From assembly GCA_964482205.1 (NCBI GenBank), contig CAYZWI010000009.1:79586-143585 (forward strand): DNA of 64,000 bases, read 5' to 3'. This document shows positions 17,927 through 27,404 of the stretch, piece after piece. The stretch comes from an uncultured bacterium. GTDB lineage: Bacteria > Eisenbacteria > RBG-16-71-46 > CAIMUX01 > WJJG01. A program made the translations under genes and the position numbers. The notes beneath the pieces are model-generated. The model worked only from the letters and a program-made list of their open reading frames with translations, searched no databases and had not been told where the DNA came from. Positions within the stretch are counted from its first letter, which is position 1; each line of letters starts with the position of its first letter.

Positions 17927-18541
17927 TCAGCGGCGGATGCTGCGCTTCCTCGGCTCTTCCTTCTTTCCCTTGGTCTCGCCCTTCGTCCCGCTGGTGTCGG
18001 TAGAGCTTCCCTGCTGTCCCTGCGAAGAGCCGACCGCCGGTCCCGGACTGGGAGGCGCGGAGATCAGAGGCGCGGGCACGACCAGGGGATTGCGAAAGCG
18101 GGTGGAGTCGATGCTCGAGAATCCGTTGCTTCTCGGCCGGCGGACCCAGGCTTGCCGGCCGGAAGGTTCGCCGGAATCCTTCCCCGAACCGCTGCCGGCG
18201 TCGCCGCCCGCCCTGCCGATGTCCTCCGATCCGAGCACCCAGGCATCGTCCTGCCACCACGGAGAGCCGTAGTAGTTGATCCACGGCCACGAGGAATGCG
18301 TGTAGTAGTCCACCCAGGGGGCGTACTCGACGATCGCCTCGTCGCTCTCCGCGTGGCATTGCGCGCAACTCTGGTCCCCGGCGGAAACGCTCGAATATCC
18401 CTGGGAGCTAGGATGCCGCAGGAGGGTGTAGCACCCTGTGAGGAGAAGCGCGAAAGCCAGGGCGAGAACCCCTGTCGCGACCAGTCCGCGCTTTCCCTGG
18501 AACGCCGAAGGGCTGGAATCCATGACGATCGCCTCCTTCAT
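17927..18541 (-). CDS. Hypothetical Trp-rich lipoprotein
   Basis: Lipobox LLLTGC. Trp/Tyr-rich segment SSWPWINYYGSPWWQDDAW and a Ser/Gly/Lys-rich tail. The start could be either of two Met codons at 18541 or 18523. Confidence 0.45.
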   Translation of the reverse strand: MKEAIVMDSSPSAFQGKRGLVATGVLALAFALLLTGCYTLLRHPSSQGYSSVSAGDQSCAQCHAESDEAIVEYAPWVDYYTHSSWPWINYYGSPWWQDDAWVLGSEDIGRAGGDAGSGSGKDSGEPSGRQAWVRRPRSNGFSSIDSTRFRNPLVVPAPLISAPPSPGPAVGSSQGQQGSSTDTSGTKGETKGKKEEPRKRSIRR

Positions 18542-18749
18542 GGACGCAACTGCTCACACATATGCCCAGTATACGGACGGGTTCCATGGGAAGTCAAAGA
18601 CGACCGCTCGTGGTCCCCGAGCCCGGGGTCTGCTAGGATCCTTTGGATGCGCCCTGCGCCCGGCCCGGCCGGTTCGGCGCGCGGGCCCGGCCCTGCGCCG
18701 CATCCGATGAGATATTCGGCCGGCCGGAGGCGATTCTTGTGAGGGCCAG

Positions 18750-20426
18750 ATGAGAGCATGTCCGAGTGTCGTCGGCCTCGTCCTGCTTGCCGCCTCCATG
18801 ACGGCCTCCGCCGCCGTCGTTCCCGTCTTGCCGGACAGCTTGGGTCTGAGCACGCGGGCGTGGACGGTCTTTTCCATGGGGCTGCAGGCCGAGTTCGACG
18901 GCCATCCCGCCGAGGCCCTTCAGCGCTACCTGGAAGCCGAGGCTCTCGGAGCCGCGGACGGGGAGCTGCTCACCCGCAAGGCCATTTGCCTGATGCAGCT
19001 CCAGCGGTTCGAGGAGGCGCGTGCCACGGCCGTGCAGGCGGTCGCGGCCGACTCTTCCCAAGCGGATGCCTATGCGGTTCTAGGCAGCGCTGAGACGAGC
19101 CTGCGGCGCTTTCCGGAAGCGGTCGAGCCCCTTCGCAAGGCGGTGCGACTCCGTCCCGACGCGCGCACGCTGCACCTGCTCTCCACCGTTCTCGAAGGCC
19201 TCGGCCGCAAAGAGGAGGCGCTCGAGCCGATCACGCGTCTGATCGAAATTTCGGGCAACTACATGCTGCTCATGCGGCGCGGGCGGATCCTGGAGGAGCT
19301 TGGGCGCCTGCAGGAAGCAGTGGACGATTACTGGGATGTCGTACGCGAAGACCCCGAGCATCTGCACGCGGCCGAATCGCTCGAGCGCGTGCTCACCCGT
19401 CTCGAGCGCAAAGAGGAGCTCATCTCGCTGCGCCGGTACCTGGTCGAACGCTTTCCCCAGCGCGCGGAGACGCGCTGGGCGCTCATTCGCGAGCTCGTGG
19501 AGCAGGAACGCTGGGACGAAGCGGAAGAGGAGATCACCGAGTACCGTCTGCTCTATCCGGACGATCCGATGTCGTTCGTGCAGCTGGGACTGGTCGCCTA
19601 TCGCCGGGGCGAGACGGAGCGAGGATTGCTGCTCCTCGACGAAGCGGTGAAGCTCGGCCCGGCGGTTCCGCGCGTGTTGCGCTGGCGGATGCGGATCATG
19701 TTCTCCGAAGGCATGATCGATTCGGCCATGGCGAACGCGACGCGGTTGCTGGCGCTGCAGCCCGACGACGCCGAGGCCTGGCGCGTCCTCGCCTTCGGTC
19801 GCGTGCAGATGAACGAGCTCGATGAGGCGGTCGCCGCGCTGCGGCAGTGGGCCGCCGCCGATTCCTTCGACGCGCACCCCTGGCTGCTGCTCGCGAGCAT
19901 CCATCGCCTGCGCGAAGAGCCGGTCGAAGGGCGCGACGCGATTCGCAAGGCGCTGCGTCTCGATCCCGAAAACGCCGATGCGCTGCTCGAGTGGGCCGCG
20001 TATCTGGAGGAGGAAGATCGCATCGAGGAAGCGGAGAGCACCCTCAGGCCGCTGATCGAAGCCGATTCCTCCGACGCCCGCGCGCTCAACTTCGTCGGTT
20101 ACATGCTGGCCGAGCGCGGCCGCCGGCTGGAGGAGGCCGAGAAGTACATCCAGGAAGCGTTCGACCTGGACCCGGACAACCCGGCAATCCTCGACAGCAT
20201 GGGTTGGCTCTGGTACAAGAAGGAGGATCTCGCTCGCGCCGAGCGATGGCTCAGGCGGGCCATTGAAAAGGGCGGGCGGCACCCGGAGATTTTCGCGCAT
20301 CTCGCGACGGTTCAAATGGAGCGAAAGAACCGGGAAGACGCGATCTCCACGCTGGAGAAGGGCCTCGAGCTGAACCCGGAAGCGAAGGAGTTGCGCAGAC
20401 TCCTCGACAGCCTGGGAGCGGATTAG
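18750..20426 (+). CDS. Secreted tetratricopeptide-repeat (TPR) protein
   Basis: Signal peptide followed by TPR-like 34-aa repeats (AxxxxxAxxxxP pattern) across about 500 aa. Confidence 0.7.
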   Translation: MRACPSVVGLVLLAASMTASAAVVPVLPDSLGLSTRAWTVFSMGLQAEFDGHPAEALQRYLEAEALGAADGELLTRKAICLMQLQRFEEARATAVQAVAADSSQADAYAVLGSAETSLRRFPEAVEPLRKAVRLRPDARTLHLLSTVLEGLGRKEEALEPITRLIEISGNYMLLMRRGRILEELGRLQEAVDDYWDVVREDPEHLHAAESLERVLTRLERKEELISLRRYLVERFPQRAETRWALIRELVEQERWDEAEEEITEYRLLYPDDPMSFVQLGLVAYRRGETERGLLLLDEAVKLGPAVPRVLRWRMRIMFSEGMIDSAMANATRLLALQPDDAEAWRVLAFGRVQMNELDEAVAALRQWAAADSFDAHPWLLLASIHRLREEPVEGRDAIRKALRLDPENADALLEWAAYLEEEDRIEEAESTLRPLIEADSSDARALNFVGYMLAERGRRLEEAEKYIQEAFDLDPDNPAILDSMGWLWYKKEDLARAERWLRRAIEKGGRHPEIFAHLATVQMERKNREDAISTLEKGLELNPEAKELRRLLDSLGAD

Positions 20427-20511
20427 TTTACTGCTTACGAGTACTGCTGTTGGCCGCCACGCGGAATCGGAACTCCCCGTGGCGGCTTGGGTAGCACGCA
20501 GAGGACTTGGC

Positions 20512-21135
20512 ATGCAGCCGGTCGACGAGCAATCCGGGCAGGGCCTGCAGTCCCTCGCGGATGAAGACTTGATGGAGAAGATCGTCGAAGGCAACGAACT
20601 CGCCTTCGAGCTTCTCGTCAAGCGGTACCAGGCGAAGATCACGAACCTGGTCCATCGATTCATCTACGATCGCGACCGGGCCGTGGAAATCGCGCAGGAG
20701 GTGTTCCTGCGCGTCTTCCTCCACCGGAAGCGGTACCGTCGCAGCGGCCGCTTCAGCACCTGGATCTACACCATCGCCGTCAACCTGGCGAAGAATGAAC
20801 TGAGGCGCAAGTCGCGCCTGCGGGGGGTCACGAGCCTCGACAACCTGCTGGAGATCGCGGGCGACTCGGGTGCGTACCTGGCCGACAAGAGGCCGGGGCC
20901 CGATCAGCACACGCACCAGCACAAAGTGGAAGAAACGGTCATGGCGGCGATTCAGCAACTGCCGCCGAAATATCGGGAGGTCATTCTCCTCAGGGACATT
21001 CAACAATTGACCTATGAGGAGATCGAGCAGGTGCTGAACATCCCGGGCGGAACGGTGCGAAGCCGGATCAACCGGGCGCGCAGCGCTCTCAAGCAGATCC
21101 TGGATCCGATTCTCGGGCGGAGGGAGACATCATGA
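20512..21135 (+). CDS. ECF-type RNA polymerase sigma factor (sigma-70 regions 2 and 4)
   Basis: Region 2 (FELLVKRYQAKITNLVHRFIYDRDRAVEIAQEVFLRVF) and region 4 HTH (LTYEEIEQVLNIPGGTVRSRINRAR). Confidence 0.85.
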   Translation: MQPVDEQSGQGLQSLADEDLMEKIVEGNELAFELLVKRYQAKITNLVHRFIYDRDRAVEIAQEVFLRVFLHRKRYRRSGRFSTWIYTIAVNLAKNELRRKSRLRGVTSLDNLLEIAGDSGAYLADKRPGPDQHTHQHKVEETVMAAIQQLPPKYREVILLRDIQQLTYEEIEQVLNIPGGTVRSRINRARSALKQILDPILGRRETS

Positions 21136-21788
21136 AGTGCAAGGCAGCTCGCCGGCGGTTCTCGGCCTGCGTGGACCGCGACCTGACGTTCGAGGAGGAG
21201 TCGCAGGTGCGCGAGCACCTGCGGGAATGCGCGGATTGCGCTGATCAACTGGAACGCGTCGAGCGCATGGTCGCGCTGCTCGACAGCCTGCCGGAAACCG
21301 ATCCCGGCCCCGGATTCTATGCGGCCGTTCAACGGCGGATCCGCGAGGCCTCGCCGGAAATGGCGGGCGAGGGCGAACCGGGGACCGGATTCTTCCATCA
21401 GCTCTGGGAGCGTCTGACCGTGCCCGCGCGCAAGCCGGCGTTCGGCGCGGCGTTCCTCGGCCTCGCGGTCGGGATTTTCGCGGGCGTCAGCGGCGGCCCG
21501 CAGGTGGCGCAGTGGATCCGTGGTTCGCAAACGCCCGCTCGCCTCGCCTCCAACGCCGGCACATCCGCATCCCGACTCACGCTCCCCGAAACCGCTTCCC
21601 GCAGCCCGCTTGCCGATCTGGATCTGAGCCATCTCGAGGCTCTTGGCGATACGGTTCGTCTCGAGAGCGATCCCGAATTCGTGCTCGAGCGCTACACGGC
21701 CGACCCGCAGCGGGGCCTGATTCCCGCCGAAGCGAATTACGGACGGCAGGTATCGGACGAACAGAGTGAAGTGTTCATCACCTTCTGA
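21132..21788 (+). CDS. Zinc-finger (ZAS-type) anti-sigma factor
   Basis: ATGA-coupled to the sigma gene. HLRECADCA matches the HxxxCxxC zinc-binding anti-sigma motif. There is a central TM helix. Confidence 0.7.
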   Translation: MKCKAARRRFSACVDRDLTFEEESQVREHLRECADCADQLERVERMVALLDSLPETDPGPGFYAAVQRRIREASPEMAGEGEPGTGFFHQLWERLTVPARKPAFGAAFLGLAVGIFAGVSGGPQVAQWIRGSQTPARLASNAGTSASRLTLPETASRSPLADLDLSHLEALGDTVRLESDPEFVLERYTADPQRGLIPAEANYGRQVSDEQSEVFITF

Positions 21789-23079
21789 TATCCGGCGCAT
21801 TTCGCTGGGCATCGTCGGGGGGCTCCTGCTCGCGGGGTTCCCATTCGCAGGCTTCCCGCTTCCCACCGCCACCGCACAGGCGATCACCCCTTGTCTGGAA
21901 ACCGGGCTCAGCAGCTTGTACGCCCAGACGAGTCCCGCCGTGGTGAGCGTCGTCAGCCATCGCGGCGAATACGCGCGCGATGCGAACGCTCCGGGGCAAC
22001 GCCGGCTCGTCTCGCTGCACCGGCTGGTCGCCACCGGCGTGATCGTCGATGAGGCGGGCTGCCTCGTCACCACCGACCGCGTCGCCCAGGCGGGCGACAG
22101 CGTCGTCGTCTATTTCCCCGACGGCCGCCGCATGAACGCCAAGTACATCGGCGGGAACGCGTCGATTCATGTGACCCTGCTTCAGCTCGAGGGCCCGCGG
22201 CCCTTCCCCTGCCTGCACGCCGGCCCGAAGCTGTCGATGTCGTCGCTTCCCGAATGGCTGGCCGCCGTCGCGTACGGTCCCTGGCAGGGGAAATCTCCGG
22301 GACGCCCTTCGCTGACGCTCTCCCGCAAGGATGGGGTCGAAGCGGCGCGCATTCCCTGCGGCGACTCCCTGGAGACGATCTGGCGCATTCGCGCGCCGTT
22401 TCATCCCGGCAACAGCGGCGGCGTCGTGGTCACGTTGGAAGGAGACTGGATCGGGCTCGTCACCGGAGTCCTCGCCTCGCCGGGCCGGGCGCAAGTCGTG
22501 CCCGTCGGCGAAGTGAGCAACGCCGTCTTCGATGCCGGGCTCGTCGTTCCGGCCGATCTCGTATCGCGCGCGGTGCGGCAGATCCGTTCCTGCGGAGTCC
22601 CGGCGCCCGCTCCACTCGGTTTTCTCGGAGTGAGCACCTATCGACCGGGAACCGCTCAAGGCGGCGCGGCGGACGCCGAGCCGGGGGTCGTCGTTTCGGA
22701 AGTCCTGCGCGGAAGCCCGGCCGAGAGCGCGGGCATCCTTCCGGGCGATGTGATTCTGCGATTCGGGCAAATGCCCGTGGCGGGCGTGATGGAGCTCACC
22801 CGCGCGGTCGCGGAGACGGCTCCCGGGACGCTTCTCGCGATCGACATTCTTCGAAATGGAACGCCTCGGCGGGTGCAGGTGCGCATCGGCGACCGCGGGG
22901 CTGAAGAAGCGGCGATTGCGCGCCAGACGCGCGCCAATGCCGAGCGGGTGGCGCTGCTACGCGAAATCGAACGCGCCGCGACCCGCCTCGACGAATTGCG
23001 CAAGGAGTTGCACAAGAGGGAGGCGGACGAGAGCAGCTCCGCGGGACAGCCCCCTTCTTCCGGACGCAATCCCGGCTGA
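21766..23079 (+). CDS. HtrA/DegP-family periplasmic serine protease with PDZ domain
   Basis: A trypsin-like HPGNSGG catalytic serine motif and a PDZ-like GFLGV...VVSEVLRGSPAESAGILPGDVIL. The sigmaE/anti-sigma/DegP arrangement is classical. GTG start at 21766. Confidence 0.7.
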   Translation: MKCSSPSDIRRISLGIVGGLLLAGFPFAGFPLPTATAQAITPCLETGLSSLYAQTSPAVVSVVSHRGEYARDANAPGQRRLVSLHRLVATGVIVDEAGCLVTTDRVAQAGDSVVVYFPDGRRMNAKYIGGNASIHVTLLQLEGPRPFPCLHAGPKLSMSSLPEWLAAVAYGPWQGKSPGRPSLTLSRKDGVEAARIPCGDSLETIWRIRAPFHPGNSGGVVVTLEGDWIGLVTGVLASPGRAQVVPVGEVSNAVFDAGLVVPADLVSRAVRQIRSCGVPAPAPLGFLGVSTYRPGTAQGGAADAEPGVVVSEVLRGSPAESAGILPGDVILRFGQMPVAGVMELTRAVAETAPGTLLAIDILRNGTPRRVQVRIGDRGAEEAAIARQTRANAERVALLREIERAATRLDELRKELHKREADESSSAGQPPSSGRNPG

Positions 23080-23296
23080 TCGTTTCCCCGCGCCTTGCCA
23101 AGCCGCGCCTCCCGCGCGAGTGCGATTCTCCCTTCCTGCCTTGTCCGACCACCGTGCCGCCTGATGACAGCCGGGCGGCCTTCTGGTATCGTGCGTGCCT
23201 GCCGAAAAGGGGAAATGCCCGCCAACAGCGGGCCGGTCGCGGCTCGCATGCGGGTCGCGCGGACGACGAAGAACCCAGAGGGGAGCAGGGGCAGGT

Positions 23297-23860
23297 ATGG
23301 CGACTACGGCCGATTTCCGCACCGGAATGATCATCGAGATCGATGGCAATGCGTACCGGATTGTCGAATTCCAGCATGTCAAGCCCGGCAAGGGCGGGGC
23401 GTTCGTGCGCACGAAGCTGAAGAATGTCGAGACGGGGGCCGTGCTCGAGCGAACCTATCGCTCGGGAGAGAAGATCGAGGAGATCCGGCTGGAGAGGTCG
23501 GACGCTCAGTTCCTCTACTCGGACGGCGATCTCTTTCACTTCATGGACATGGGCAACTACGACCAGTTCGCGCTTCCGCTGGAGCGGGTGGGCGACGCCC
23601 GTCTCTTCATGAAGGAAAATGCCGTCATCGGCGTGCTCACCCGGGACGGCGAGCCGTTCCTGCTCGAGCTGCCCACCCATGTCGTCCTCCAGGTGGCCAA
23701 GACCGAGCCGGGGCTGCGCGGCGACACGGCCCAGGGAGCCACCAAACCGGCGCAGCTGGAGACGGGCCTCACGGTCAATGTCCCGCTGTTCATCGAGATC
23801 GGCGACCTCCTGAAAATCGATACCCGCACGGGAGAGTACCTGGAACGCGTCGGTCGCTAG
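23297..23860 (+). CDS. efp: Elongation factor P
   Basis: FRTGMIIEIDGNAYRIVEFQHVKPGKGGAFVRTKLKNV is the EF-P signature, including the modified Lys loop. Confidence 0.9.
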   Translation: MATTADFRTGMIIEIDGNAYRIVEFQHVKPGKGGAFVRTKLKNVETGAVLERTYRSGEKIEEIRLERSDAQFLYSDGDLFHFMDMGNYDQFALPLERVGDARLFMKENAVIGVLTRDGEPFLLELPTHVVLQVAKTEPGLRGDTAQGATKPAQLETGLTVNVPLFIEIGDLLKIDTRTGEYLERVGR

Positions 23861-23896
23861 CGGGATTTCGGTCGACGCAGGCTGGAGAGAACGGCC

Positions 23897-24370
23897 ATGC
23901 GAGTCGATAAGGTGAAGGAACTGATCGAGCTCGTCGAGGCGAGCGCCATCGACGAGCTGGAGATCCGGGAATGGGGCAGATCGATCCGGATCTGCCGCCA
24001 GTCTCGCGCCGGCGCGGCAACCCAGGCTGACGCCGGCCCGGGCAAGCTCCACGCGCCCGCGGCGCACGCTCTGATTGGAGAGCCCGAGGAGCCGGCCGAC
24101 GCCGACGCGGGATTGGTCGCCATTCGCTCTCCGATGGTCGGGACCTTCTACCGTTCTCCTTCGCCCACGGCGCGCTCGTATGTGGAGGCGGGCAGCCGGG
24201 TGGCGGTGGGGCAAGTGGTGGGAATCATCGAGGCGATGAAGCACATGAACGAGATCGAGTCGGAAGTCGCCGGCGAGATCGTGCGGGTGCTTCTGGAAAA
24301 CGGCCGCAGCGTTGATTTCAACCAACCTTTGTTTCTGGTCAAACCCGACCATCCCGGGTCCCAAAGCTGA
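23897..24370 (+). CDS. accB: Biotin carboxyl carrier protein of acetyl-CoA carboxylase
   Basis: IEAMKHMNEIESEVAG is the biotinyl-lysine EAMK motif. Confidence 0.9.
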   Translation: MRVDKVKELIELVEASAIDELEIREWGRSIRICRQSRAGAATQADAGPGKLHAPAAHALIGEPEEPADADAGLVAIRSPMVGTFYRSPSPTARSYVEAGSRVAVGQVVGIIEAMKHMNEIESEVAGEIVRVLLENGRSVDFNQPLFLVKPDHPGSQS

Positions 24371-24467
24371 TCGTCCCTCAGGCGCAATCGTCCGCGCCCC
24401 CGCCCTCGCGGCGGGCGGCGGGGCGGTTCGTCGAGCCGAGTGTTCCTTGGGGCGAAAGGATGGAATC

Positions 24468-25712
24468 ATGCCGAGCGTCGACTTGCACCGCATTCTCGAG
24501 AAGATGATCGCCCGCAGCGCCTCCGACTTGCACCTGCGGGCCGGCGCGCCGCCCGTGTTGAGGATCGACGGAACGCTGGTCCCCCTCGACCACGTCCCCC
24601 TCGGCATGGAGGACATGGAAGCGATCACGCGCCAAATCGTGCCGCCCGATCTGCAGGAATCGTTCGCCCGCAGCCATGAAGTCGACTTCTCCTTCGGCAT
24701 CTCGGGACTGGCGCGCTTTCGCGCGAACTTCTACTACCAGCGCGGGACGATCGCCGGCGCGATCCGCTGCATTCCGCTCACCATCCCGGAGATCGATGCG
24801 CTGCATCTGCCCGCGATCGTGAGCCAGCTCGCGATGAAGCCGCGCGGCCTGATTCTGGTGACGGGCACGGTGGGCAGCGGCAAGTCGACGACGCTGGCGG
24901 CGATGATCGATCTCATCAACCGCACCACCGAGAAGAACATCATCACGGTGGAGGACCCGATCGAATTCCTGCATCGCAATCAGAAGTCGATCATCAGCCA
25001 GCGCGAGGTCGGCCAGGACACGCTCGATTATCTCGCGGCGCTGAAATACATCCTGCGCCAGGACCCCGATGTGATCCTGATCGGTGAGATCCGCGATCAG
25101 GCCTCCATGTCGGTCGCGTTGATGGCCGCGGATACCGGGCATCTGGTCTTGAGCACTCTGCACACGACCGACGCGGCGCAAACGGTGAACCGGATCATCT
25201 CCTTCTATCCGCCCCATCAGCACGCCGAGATCCGCTTCCTGCTCGCCTCTTCCCTGCAGGCGGTGATCTCGATGCGGCTGCTGCCCATGGCGGGCACGCC
25301 CGGACGCGTGCCCGCGGTGGAAGTGATGATCAACACCGAGACGGTGCGCGAATGCCTGCGCGATCCCGACCGCACCGGCCAGATCCGGGACATCATCGCC
25401 GACGGATTCCATCAATACGGGATGCAGACCTTCGACCAGTCGCTGATGAAGCTCTACCGGGAAGGGCTCGTCTCGCTGGAGGAGGCGCTGCGCCAGTCGA
25501 CGACGCCGACCGAGTTCGAGTTGCGCCTGCGCGGCATTCATGCGACCAGCGACACCACCTGGGAGGCCTTCGAAAATTCGCGCGCGCCCGCCGCGGCGGC
25601 CGGGAAGCCGGGCGGCGAGCCGGCGAGACCGCCGGAACGACCGTGCAGGCAGGCCGACGAGGGTCCATCCGGGCGGAGAATGAGCGGCGCATCGAAGCCG
25701 GGAATACGCTAG
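24468..25712 (+). CDS. PilT/PilU-family retraction ATPase (second paralogue) with about 70-aa low-complexity C-terminal tail
   Basis: Walker A VTGTVGSGKSTT and PilT signatures throughout. Inserted between accB and accC. Confidence 0.8.
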   Translation: MPSVDLHRILEKMIARSASDLHLRAGAPPVLRIDGTLVPLDHVPLGMEDMEAITRQIVPPDLQESFARSHEVDFSFGISGLARFRANFYYQRGTIAGAIRCIPLTIPEIDALHLPAIVSQLAMKPRGLILVTGTVGSGKSTTLAAMIDLINRTTEKNIITVEDPIEFLHRNQKSIISQREVGQDTLDYLAALKYILRQDPDVILIGEIRDQASMSVALMAADTGHLVLSTLHTTDAAQTVNRIISFYPPHQHAEIRFLLASSLQAVISMRLLPMAGTPGRVPAVEVMINTETVRECLRDPDRTGQIRDIIADGFHQYGMQTFDQSLMKLYREGLVSLEEALRQSTTPTEFELRLRGIHATSDTTWEAFENSRAPAAAAGKPGGEPARPPERPCRQADEGPSGRRMSGASKPGIR

Positions 25713-25833
25713 GCTCCGCCCATCCGGCCGGGGAGCGCCCCTTCCCGTGCCGAGGGCGGGGGCCCGGGCCACCATCCAGCCGCAGCGGCCTTCGCTTCCA
25801 CGCAGCCAATCGCCTGGTGGTGAGGGCCCGCGC

Positions 25834-27324
25834 ATGTTCCGAAAGATCCTGATCGCCAATCGCGGGGAGATCGCCGTGCGCGTGATCCGCGCGGCCCGCG
25901 AGCTCGGGATCCGATCGGTCGCCGTCTACAGCGAAGCCGACCGCGAGTCGTTGCCCGTGAAGCTCGCCGACGAGGCGGTCTGCATCGGGCCGCCTCCCAC
26001 GCAGGAGAGCTATCTTCACATTCCCCGCATCATCAGCGCCTGCCAGATCGCGAATGTCGACGCCGTGCATCCCGGCTACGGATTTCTCTCCGAGAATTTT
26101 CGCTTCGCCGAAGCGTGCGAAGCGACCGGATTTCGCTTCATCGGCCCTCCCCCCGAAGTCATCCGCCGCATGGGGGACAAGTCTTCCGCCAAGGCCGCCA
26201 TGCGCGCCGCGGGCGTGCCCGTCATTCCGGGCAGCGAAGGACCGGTTGCGTCTCCGGAAGAGGCCCTGCGTCTCGCCGGCGAAGTGGGCTATCCGATTCT
26301 CCTCAAAGCCCGCGAGGGCGGCGGGGGCAAGGGCATGCGCATCGCGCGCGCACCCGCCAGCATCGCCGCGGCCTACGAGACGGCCGCGGCCGAGGCGCGC
26401 GCGGCGTTCGGAAACGGCGAGCTGTATCTCGAGAAGCTGATCGAGAGGCCGCGTCACATCGAAGTGCAGCTCGCGGGCGATGCGCGCGGCCGGGTGGTGC
26501 ACTTCTGGGAGCGCGACTGCTCCATTCAGCGGCGGCACCAGAAGCTGATCGAAGAGGCGCCCAGCCCCGCTCTCGATTCGGCGGCGAGGCGCGAACTCGG
26601 GAGAGTGGCCGCGAAGGGAGCCGCGCAAATCGGCTACCGGAGCCTGGGCACGATGGAATTCCTGCTCGACGAGCAGGGACGCGTCTACTTCATGGAGATG
26701 AACACCCGCCTGCAGGTGGAGCACGGCGTGACCGAGGAAGTGACCGGCGTCGATCTCGTCAAGCTCCAGATCCTGCTCGCCATGGACGAGCCTCTGCCGA
26801 TGAAGCAGAGCGAGATCCGCCTGCGGGGGCACGCGATCGAGTGCCGCATCAACGCCGAGGACCCGGCCGCGAATTTCCGCGGCCGTCCCGGCACCGTGAG
26901 CGAGTTCTATCCTCCCGGCGGTCCGGGCGTGCGCATGGACACGCACCTCTACGCCGGCTACATCATTCCGCCGCACTACGACTCGCTGATCGGAAAGATC
27001 GTCGCGCGCGCGGGCACCCGCGCAGAGGCGATCGAGCGCATGAAGCGCGCGTTGAGCGAGCTCGTGATCGAAGGCGTGACGACCACCGCGCCGTTCCACG
27101 CGGGCGTGATGGAGGATGCCTCCTTCCGCGCGGGCGACTGCGACACGAGCTTCGTCGAATCCTATCTCGCGCGCGCGCAAGCCGCGCCTGCCCAGGAGAC
27201 GGTCACGCCGCCGGTGCGTGGAGAGCCGGCGATCGCGCCAGAGCCGGCGATCGCGCCAGAGGCTGTGATCACGCCTGCGTCGGGGAGTGCGAACGAAGGG
27301 CCATCCAGCGCGCCGCCATCTTGA
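25834..27324 (+). CDS. accC: Biotin carboxylase subunit of acetyl-CoA carboxylase
   Basis: MFRKILIANRGEIAVRVIRA... is the ATP-grasp biotin carboxylase. C-terminal extension with EPAIAP repeats. Confidence 0.9.
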   Translation: MFRKILIANRGEIAVRVIRAARELGIRSVAVYSEADRESLPVKLADEAVCIGPPPTQESYLHIPRIISACQIANVDAVHPGYGFLSENFRFAEACEATGFRFIGPPPEVIRRMGDKSSAKAAMRAAGVPVIPGSEGPVASPEEALRLAGEVGYPILLKAREGGGGKGMRIARAPASIAAAYETAAAEARAAFGNGELYLEKLIERPRHIEVQLAGDARGRVVHFWERDCSIQRRHQKLIEEAPSPALDSAARRELGRVAAKGAAQIGYRSLGTMEFLLDEQGRVYFMEMNTRLQVEHGVTEEVTGVDLVKLQILLAMDEPLPMKQSEIRLRGHAIECRINAEDPAANFRGRPGTVSEFYPPGGPGVRMDTHLYAGYIIPPHYDSLIGKIVARAGTRAEAIERMKRALSELVIEGVTTTAPFHAGVMEDASFRAGDCDTSFVESYLARAQAAPAQETVTPPVRGEPAIAPEPAIAPEAVITPASGSANEGPSSAPPS

Positions 27325-27404
27325 GATCCTGCCGGGCCTGAAGCGAATGGAAGCGCGAGAGGCAGGGCCCCGGCCTCCCGCGCCTTCGCCGCCGGCGGAG
27401 CGCG

